A stretch of DNA of 63,992 nucleotides, the filler included, from a bacterium (GTDB lineage Bacteria; UBA9089; CG2-30-40-21; SBAY01), in NCBI GenBank assembly GCA_040757115.1. It is 7 parts of 7 records of this genome, joined end to end, with 100 filler letters (N's around TTAATTAATTAA, not from the genome) between each part and the next. Parts side by side here need not be neighbours in the genome. Positions count along the whole stretch, not along the records: positions 53,990 to 59,838 come from JBFLYA010000229.1; positions 59,939 to 63,992 come from JBFLYA010000304.1; 5 more parts are not named here. The stretch is one strand, 5' to 3'. The notes under the pieces are model-generated. The model searched no databases. It had not been told where the DNA came from and saw nothing but the letters and a program-made list of their open reading frames with translations. Made by a program: the position numbers and the translations under genes. This document shows, in pieces, positions 57,067-63,992 of the stretch (position 1 is the stretch's first letter; each line of letters begins with the position of its first letter).

Positions 57067-59838
57067 TTATTTTTCAACAATGACATCAATCACTTTTTCT
57101 TTGGATTGGTTGCCAACCGTGTCTATTGCCTGTCCGCCAATGCGATGGATACCTTCAAGAGAAATCGAGAATGCACCCTCGTATTTCTTCCACTCTCCAT
57201 CATCGAGTCTGTATAGCACCTCAGCCACACCAGCGGCATCATCAATGGCGATTAATGAAAATCTGGCATCCGAATGAACATAATACCTTGAATCTAACTG
57301 GACACATCTATCTATCTCAATCTTTACCTCCGGCGGTGTCCTGTCAACAATGACATCAACTATCTCTTCCTTTGATTGATTACCAACCGTATCTATTGCT
57401 CGAAATCCAATACGGTGGTTGCCTTCATCCGCAATCGAAAATGCCCCATTGTATCTCTTCCAATCTCCATTATCTATTTTGCATAACACCTCAGCCACAC
57501 CCGAGGTATTATCACCGGCGATTAATGAAAATCTGGTATGCGGATGAACAAAACTCCCGGATTTGCGGTCTATCTCAATCTTTATTTCCGGTGGTGTGTT
57601 GTCAACAATGACATCAAGCATTTGCTCCTTTGATTGATTACCAACCATATCCACTGCTCGAAATCCAATTCGATGACTACCTTCCTGGCTAATCGAGAAT
57701 GCACCCGTGTATCTTTTCCATTCCTCATCATCTATTTTGCATAGCACCTCAGCCACACCAGCGGCATTATCACCGGCGATTAATGAAAATCTGGTATGCG
57801 GATGAATAAAACTCCCTGCTCTTCTATCGAGTTCAATCTTTATTTCCGGCGGGGTATTATCCACAATGACATCAAGCACTTGCTCCTTTGATTGATTGCC
57901 AACCATATCTACTGCTCGAAATCCAATTCGATGACTGCCTTCCTGTGAGAGCGAAAATGTGCCGCTGTATCTCTTCCATTCCTTATTATTATCGAGCCGA
58001 TATAACACCTCACTCACACCACAGACATCATCAATGGCTATTAGTGAAAATTTAGTCTGCGAATGAACAAAACAACCGAATTTGCGGTCTATATCAATCT
58101 GGACTTCCGGCGGTGTCCTATCAACAATAATATTAACCATCTTTTCCTCTGATAGATTGCCAAGGGGGTCTATTGCTCGGAATCCAATCTGGTGAATACC
58201 CTCCTCAACTATCGAAAACGCTCCCATGTATCTCTTCCACTTCTCATTATCAATCTTGCATTGCACCTCAGTCACACCCGAGGCATTATCACTGGCAATT
58301 AATGAGAATTTGGTTTGCGGATGAACAAAACTGCCTGATTTGCGGTCTATATCAATTTTTATCTCCGGTGGAGTATTGTCAACGATGACATCAATTACAT
58401 TTTCCTTTGATTGATTGCCAACCGTATCTGCGGCTCGGAATCCAATCTGATGATTACCTTCCTGCGAAATCGAAAATAGCCCGTTGTATCTCTTCCACTC
58501 CTCATTATCAATTTTGTATAATACCTCAGTCAGACCCGAGGCATTATCACTGGCGATTAATGAAAACTTGCTCTGCGGATGAACAAAATTGCCTGATTTG
58601 CGGTCTATGTCAATCCTTATCTCCGGTGGTGTATTGTCAACGATGACATCAAGGACATTTTCCTTTGATTGATTGCCAACCGTATCTGCGGCTCGGAATC
58701 CAATTCGATGATTACCTTCCCGGCTAATCGAAAATGCCCCGGTGTATTTCTTCCATTTCTCATTATCTATCCGGTATATCACCTCACCGACCCCGGCGAC
58801 ATCATCAATGGCGACTAATGAAAATCTGGTCTGCGAATGAACAAAACAACCAGATTTGTGGTCTATGTCAATCTTTATTTCCGGTGGGGTATTATCCACA
58901 ATGACATCAAGCACTTGTTCCTTTGATTGATTGCCAATATTATCTTTTGCTTGAAATCCAATCCGATGGATACCTGCTTGAGAAATTGAAAATGGTCCCG
59001 GGTATCTCTTCCATTCCTCATTATCTATCTTGTATAATACCTCAGCGACACCCGAGGCATTATCACTGGCGATTAATGAGAATCTGGTTTGCGGATGAAC
59101 AAAATTGCCTGATTTTCGGTCTACATCAATCTTTACCGCTGGTGGCGTGTTATCAACAATGATATTGGTTACCATTTCTTTTGATTGATTGCCAACCGTG
59201 TCTATTGCCACAATGCCAATCTTATGACTGCCTTCAAGAGAAATCGAAAATGTGCCGCTGTATCTCTTCCATCCCTTATTATCTATCCGATATAACACCT
59301 CAGCCACACCCGCAACATTATCAGTGGTTATTATTGAAAATCTGGTATGTGGATGAACAAAACAACCAGATTTGTGGTCTATATCCATCTGGACCTCCGG
59401 AGGTGTATTATCAACGATGACATCAGTTATTTCTTCCTTTGACTGATTGCCAACCGTGTCTATTGCTCGGAATCCAATCCTGTGATTACCTGACTGGCTA
59501 ATCGAAAATGCCCCGGTGTATTTCTTCCATTTCTCATTATCTATCCGGTATATTACCTCACCGACCCCGGCGACATCATCACTGGCGGCTAATGAAAATC
59601 TGGTCTGCGGATGAACGAAACAGCCTGATTTTCGGTCTATATCCATCTTGACTTCTGGTGCTGTATTGTCAACAATGACATCAATCTCCTTTTCCATTGT
59701 TTGATTGCCAATCGTATCTATTGCGCTAATTCTAATCTTATGCCTGCCTTCCTGAGCAATCGAAAATGTAGCGTCGTATTTCTTCCATTCCTCATCATCT
59801 ATTTTGCATAATACCTCAGCCACACCCGAGGCATTATC
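57067..59838 (-). CDS. Ig-like (OmpL47/Big-type) tandem-repeat protein, 5' truncated by contig edge
   Basis: Ten full ~86-aa (258-bp) units plus a partial: D(N/R)TPP, A.D..(S/A)GV, G.H.I...A.D..GN. Confidence 0.85.
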   Translation of the reverse strand, partial: DNASGVAEVLCKIDDEEWKKYDATFSIAQEGRHKIRISAIDTIGNQTMEKEIDVIVDNTAPEVKMDIDRKSGCFVHPQTRFSLAASDDVAGVGEVIYRIDNEKWKKYTGAFSISQSGNHRIGFRAIDTVGNQSKEEITDVIVDNTPPEVQMDIDHKSGCFVHPHTRFSIITTDNVAGVAEVLYRIDNKGWKRYSGTFSISLEGSHKIGIVAIDTVGNQSKEMVTNIIVDNTPPAVKIDVDRKSGNFVHPQTRFSLIASDNASGVAEVLYKIDNEEWKRYPGPFSISQAGIHRIGFQAKDNIGNQSKEQVLDVIVDNTPPEIKIDIDHKSGCFVHSQTRFSLVAIDDVAGVGEVIYRIDNEKWKKYTGAFSISREGNHRIGFRAADTVGNQSKENVLDVIVDNTPPEIRIDIDRKSGNFVHPQSKFSLIASDNASGLTEVLYKIDNEEWKRYNGLFSISQEGNHQIGFRAADTVGNQSKENVIDVIVDNTPPEIKIDIDRKSGSFVHPQTKFSLIASDNASGVTEVQCKIDNEKWKRYMGAFSIVEEGIHQIGFRAIDPLGNLSEEKMVNIIVDRTPPEVQIDIDRKFGCFVHSQTKFSLIAIDDVCGVSEVLYRLDNNKEWKRYSGTFSLSQEGSHRIGFRAVDMVGNQSKEQVLDVIVDNTPPEIKIELDRRAGSFIHPHTRFSLIAGDNAAGVAEVLCKIDDEEWKRYTGAFSISQEGSHRIGFRAVDMVGNQSKEQMLDVIVDNTPPEIKIEIDRKSGSFVHPHTRFSLIAGDNTSGVAEVLCKIDNGDWKRYNGAFSIADEGNHRIGFRAIDTVGNQSKEEIVDVIVDRTPPEVKIEIDRCVQLDSRYYVHSDARFSLIAIDDAAGVAEVLYRLDDGEWKKYEGAFSISLEGIHRIGGQAIDTVGNQSKEKVIDVIVEK

Positions 59839-59938
59839 NNNNNNNNNNNNNNNNNNNNNNNNNNNNNNNNNNNNNNNNNNNNTTAATTAATTAANNNNNN
59901 NNNNNNNNNNNNNNNNNNNNNNNNNNNNNNNNNNNNNN
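59839..59938. other. Artificial contig linker
   Basis: N-runs flanking TTAATTAATTAA. Confidence 0.97.
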
Positions 59939-60025
59939 ATATTAGTAGGGGCAAACCGTGAATGTGGAATGCACAATAATTCGGTGAGGCAGAGGAAAAG
60001 GAAAAGACAGCGAATGAGAGCTTTT

Positions 60026-60157
60026 GTCTAACCCTGCGTTGCAGTTGACGGCGGGGGACTGTGCCATGGTTAGAGTTTTGTGGTCTCTCAAAGTTTTATC
60101 TTGCTATCAAACTTTTGTGATAATTCTCCCCGCCGCACCTGAACTTTATCGTTAGAT
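60026..60157 (+). other. attC site (132 bp)
   Basis: R'' GTCTAAC, GGCGGGG / CCCCGCC stem, R' GTTAGAT; matching ATCTAAC at 62749-62755 closes the next cassette. Confidence 0.8.
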
Positions 60158-60661
60158 TGCATCTCGCAATCCAAGGAGGGCAGAATTAGCATGAAGAAGG
60201 ACTGGATCGGTCTTGAACATCTTCCCCACCTACTTGGCATCCTGGGTATAGTCGCAGTCTATGGAGTGATTAATGTATTTCTCTGGTTCAGCCAAGATTG
60301 GTTTCACTATGGGAAAAAAGAAGGAGTTGAAGGCCATTGTAGCCCAGATGGACCAACTTAAGGTTGTGATTCGAGAAATGGAATTACATCTCTCTTCAAC
60401 CGAGAAGGGTCTGGAGAAAATTAGGGGTGAAGTTGAACAGTACAAAATGAACATACCCAAATATGAGTCTCTGGCTACCGATGGACGCTTACCGCCCAAA
60501 CTCTACCGAGAGTACTCTGCGATGGTTGGTTCCGGCAATGTAAAAATAAGAGAATTCAACCTGAAATCGGCAAGTAGCTGAGTGAAAAGGGGAGGTGGAG
60601 GTAAAAAAGGAGGATATTTTGACAAATTTGGGAGAGAATTAAGGAAAAAATGAAGGGAATT

Positions 60662-60836
60662 GTAACCGTTCAGCCACTACATTTGGGCTTTTAGGAATTA
60701 CAAAACACAAAATATAGTATTTTGAGAGCCTGTTTTGCTTCCTTTTTTGAGCCTATAAAAAGCGGTGGTTACTATATGTAGGGGGCACCAGCAATTATCA
60801 CCAAACATCTTGCGTTTCACCCACCTGAACGGTTAC
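60662..60836. mobile_element. 175-bp GTAAC MITE nested in IS1380
   Basis: GTAACCGTTCAG / CTGAACGGTTAC; flanks AGGGAATT / GGGGAATT (7/8). Confidence 0.8.
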
Positions 60837-60951
60837 GGGGAATTAGATAACGGATAGCAAAGAGAAGGGATTAAGATGGGAGTGAGTCATAATTTGGACA
60901 CAATACGAGTGTTGGAGTTCTTTGAGAAGTAAGATTTAAGGGAGTGTTTAT

Positions 60952-62392
60952 TTAGCATCGAACTGGAACAGGGCTAAAACCATTAGCTACAAAATAGAAG
61001 AAAGCATCAAGATTTTTTTGATAGTCAGGATGATAGATTCGAGGAATTTATTGGTTGCCAGTTTAATTCGATGATACCTGCCACTACCGAGGATATTGCC
61101 AGGAACATTGATAATTTCTCTGCGGATGGTTTTAATTTCACACCTTTTTTTATCATCAGGCAAGCAAACCTGTCTATACCAATTCATCAGGTTGTAGGCG
61201 ATAGATTTGATGAGCATAAAGGCGTGATTGCGAATTTTGAGATGCTGAGATGCTTCTTCTACAGCAAAACCATCTTTGAGTTCATCTATTTTGTTCTCGA
61301 CATTAGCCCTATCATCATAGAATTTCATAATCTGGGCAGGTTCTTCTTCCATGTTGGTGACGACAGCTTCATAACGATAGAAATCTTTATAGTCGAGGAG
61401 GAGTTAGGGTGTATCTTTATCTATTTTCACTCTACGGATGACAAATCTTCTTGGTTTTTCCCAGGTTTTAAGGATAAATTCTTTACTGGTAACACTGGTG
61501 TATTCGTCAATATCTTGCCAGTCTTTTTCAGGAATGGAGAGGATGAATTTTCTAATGTTCTCTTTTAGCGGAGCTTTGCAGACATATTCTAAATATAAGG
61601 ATTCAAACTTCTTGAAGTTATCTTCATCAAAGAAACCTTTATCCAGTCTAAGTCTTTTAGCTACATAATTGTGAGACAACAAGTCAAGACAAGTTTGAAA
61701 GAAAGGGATGAATTCACCATTACTATGGACATCACCCGAGTAGAGATTAAGATGAACTAATTCATCGGATGAGCCAATAAAACAGACCTTAACTTTGAAG
61801 GAAGGTTGACCATGATAACGAGGATTATAGCCAACTTCACTACCTTTTTGATGACCATGAAGCGTGACAACTGAATCATCAAAATCTAAGGTGACCTCGA
61901 CAGGACCTGACCATTTTGATTTGAGAGCGATTATTTGTTTATTGATATTTATAAGTTCATCGATATGTTTGTTCTGGAAGTCAGAGAGCATATCACGGAA
62001 TACTTTTTCTGAAGGGAAAGAAGGGATTTGTTTCAGGTCAAGGTAACCTGGATCAAAGCGTAAAGATTCTGTATGGTCAAAACGGGACAAACCCAGACAG
62101 CAAGAGTCAATCAGATGTTCTAATGTTTGAGGAGCAGGATAATGCTGTTGGGTGCTTTAGAAAGAGTGAAGTTATCTTTAATGATACCTTTAAAATCAAT
62201 GGCTTGTTTAAAGGTTTCGATGGTATGAAAGTTACCAAAGGCAGTGACTGATGGATTATCAAATTCAACATCGAGATTAACGTGCCTTAGTTTTCGGACT
62301 AATTTTCGTTTATTTTTCTCCAGGGCGATGATTTCAGGTCGTCGTTCACGACGAGGGCGAGTATCTATTTGAAAAGTAGTAACAGGTATCAT
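60952..62392 (-). pseudogene. IS1380 DDE transposase with frameshifts
   Basis: TLDFDDSV..HG.Q.G..VGYNP, RLDKGFF, Y..RANVENKIDELK, AYNL split over three tracked ORFs. Confidence 0.9.
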
Positions 62393-62932
62393 AAAATTGG
62401 CCTCCTTTTTATATTATCTTTAGTAATATCAATTACTTACATAAAGTATAACATAGAAGGGGGCCACTGTCAAGCATTTTTGTTAAAAAATTTGCAGATT
62501 TTTTAATGAGTTAAGTATTTATATATCAAAAACTTAAAGGCATGGAAAAACGGTCAGTTGCCGATTTGAGGTCAACGAAGCATTAGGGGTCTATAAACGG
62601 GAATACAATGAGTACTCGGTAAAAGTCGGTGAATACAATGCGTTCATTCCTCGTGCGAACGAGCTTGCGAAAATCGTCGGAACTCATTGGTATGTGGTTC
62701 CAATGATCCTGCCGACTCGAGCTCCGATCCGCGAGTGATTAGCGAACTATCTAACTCCGATGGATTGGGTGGTACCGTGAAAGTAGAACGCAGAATTTAT
62801 TCGACAAAAGATTCTTTCAGATGCATACTATGCCCACAACAACCGAGCTTTTAAGTGAAAATTTAGATGAGGAGATAAATGAAATTCGTAATAAATATAT
62901 GATAAAGTTATTGAAAAGGAGTGATAGAAATC

Positions 62933-63241
62933 ATGGTCAATATTCAATTAGAGTTACAGCCACAGACAGAGGAACGCCTTCAAAAAATTCTTGGTCAGTA
63001 TCACAATCAAGAAATGTTTGCCCAACATATCATTGCATATCAAATTGCTGAATTGAAACAAGCTCTTCTTAATATTCGATTAGATCTACAGCAATTTGAG
63101 CAGAAATATCAATTAAAAACAGAGGAATTTTATCAGCAATTTCAAAAGGGTCTGCTTGAAGATACGGAAGACTTTATGATATGGGCAGGCGTTTATGAGA
63201 TGTTTCAAGAAAATAGTCGAAAACTAAGGGAATTACAATGA
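62933..63241 (+). CDS. Probable antitoxin (TumA-like)
   Basis: FEQKYQLKTEEFYQQFQKG.L.D.EDFMIWAG; ATGA-coupled to the toxin. Confidence 0.7.
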   Translation: MVNIQLELQPQTEERLQKILGQYHNQEMFAQHIIAYQIAELKQALLNIRLDLQQFEQKYQLKTEEFYQQFQKGLLEDTEDFMIWAGVYEMFQENSRKLRELQ

Positions 63242-63621
63242 TTGAAGCCTATTTTGAATATGTCGAAAAGACCATTCAAGATTTTCCTAATATCCGATCA
63301 TATACACTCAGTAAGAAGGTCTATAATGCGAAACAAGGCTTTATCAGAGGCATAATTCTGTTTGATGATGACACTCGACTTGAGTTTGTGGAAGTCAAAG
63401 ATGTGGATGTGAGAGAGAAAATCAAATATCGCTATCAATATATGGGTAAAGACCATACCATGTTCTTTCGGTATGATAATGCCTCTCATCACCCTCATAT
63501 TCTGACGTTTCCCCATCATAAGCATGTAGATAAAGAACATGTGAAAGAAAGCCATGAACCTGCATTAGATGATGTGTTATTGGAAGTTGCTCAAAGAAGA
63601 CATTTAAAGAAACAGGAGTAA
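63238..63621 (+). CDS. DUF6516 (TumE-like) toxin
   Basis: KYRYQY, FRYDNASHH, TFPHHKH. Confidence 0.78.
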   Translation: MIEAYFEYVEKTIQDFPNIRSYTLSKKVYNAKQGFIRGIILFDDDTRLEFVEVKDVDVREKIKYRYQYMGKDHTMFFRYDNASHHPHILTFPHHKHVDKEHVKESHEPALDDVLLEVAQRRHLKKQE

Positions 63622-63741
63622 CTTTAAGAGAAAAAAAGAAGAGAAAAGTAGGATTGAGGGAAAAATTCGGGGACATAATACTAAATTATTAAGAAGGAAA
63701 GCAAGTCAGAAGAAGAAAAAAGACGAGGGAGTGTATCTTTT

Positions 63742-63874
63742 ACCTAACGAAGCGTTGCAGCGGACGGCGGGGGATTGTGCCGTGATTGAAAGTTTTGTAG
63801 TATCTCCATAGGTAATCGTGCTTACAAAGTTTGGTGGTAATCCGCCCCGCAGCAGGTGAGCTCTATCGTTAGAA
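63742..63874 (+). other. attC site (133 bp)
   Basis: R'' ACCTAAC, R' GTTAGAA; same family as 60026-60157. Confidence 0.75.
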
Positions 63875-63886
63875 TAATAAAAATAA

Positions 63887-63962
63887 TCACACAGAGACAC
63901 AAAGTCACAAAGGAATTGAATAAAACAATAAACCTTTGTGTTCTTTGTGGCTTTGTGTGAGA
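63887..63962. repeat. CACAAAG / CTTTGTG inverted-array hairpin
   Basis: TCACACAGAGACACAAAGTCACAAAGG ... CCTTTGTGTTCTTTGTGGCTTTGTGTGA. Confidence 0.7.
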
Positions 63963-63992
63963 AAATAAAAAGGAGATATTTTAGGGTCAACC

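Larger units (their letters stand above)
60560..62571 (-). mobile_element. IS1380-family insertion sequence (2012 bp)
   Basis: TIRs CCTGAAATCGGCAAGT / AGTTGCCGATTTGAGG (14/16); TCAA duplicated at 60556-60559 and 62572-62575. Confidence 0.9.
60191..62738 (+). pseudogene. Cassette gene (TM + coiled-coil hypothetical), frameshifted and split by IS1380
   Basis: AAGGAGG RBS; frameshift in the A-run near 60315; removing the IS and one TCAA restores KIREFNEALGVYKREY...HWYVVPMILPTRAPIRE*. Confidence 0.75.

Noticed and set aside
57067-59838. CRISPR-like periodic repeats and the repeated 79-aa plus-strand ORFs
   Set aside because: The period is 258 bp of coding sequence with no unique spacers; the plus-strand ORFs are antisense shadows.

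Overview
AT-rich bacterial draft-genome window. Seven contigs are concatenated with artificial 100-nt linkers (N-run + TTAATTAATTAA + N-run at 29609, 35745, 41881, 47937, 53890, 59839), so nothing should be linked across those joins. Contig 1 carries envelope and housekeeping genes: O-antigen-ligase-TPR, mltG, alpha-2-macroglobulin/pbpC, DHH-tRNA nucleotidyltransferase, murJ, mgsA, glyS and a two-component pair. It also has an actinomycete-type 2,6-dideoxy/3-amino-sugar gene block and an MNT-HEPN fusion. The short contigs carry polysaccharide genes, Usp/TSUP, htrA-folB-folK, many toxin-antitoxin modules and an Ig-like repeat protein. Three signals lie outside the ORF track. (1) Integron-type attC sites with no integrase in view, two of them about 300 bp long, delimit cassettes, and the last attC of that array is followed by a degraded SIR2-HerA-S8 subtilase locus. 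(2) Small genes (four-helix-bundle, GxxExxY, DUF559) sit within or beside inverted arrays of 7-9-nt repeats or REP-like hairpins, and internally deleted copies recur, often inside IS-like MITE shells (GTAA ends with 8-bp duplication, or TA duplication). They nest inside each other and rewrite host gene ends. (3) Several genes have consensus sigma70 promoters only 7-9 nt from the ATG, suggesting leaderless translation. Family assignments come from motif recognition by eye; no database search was run. No rRNA, tRNA or CRISPR array was seen.
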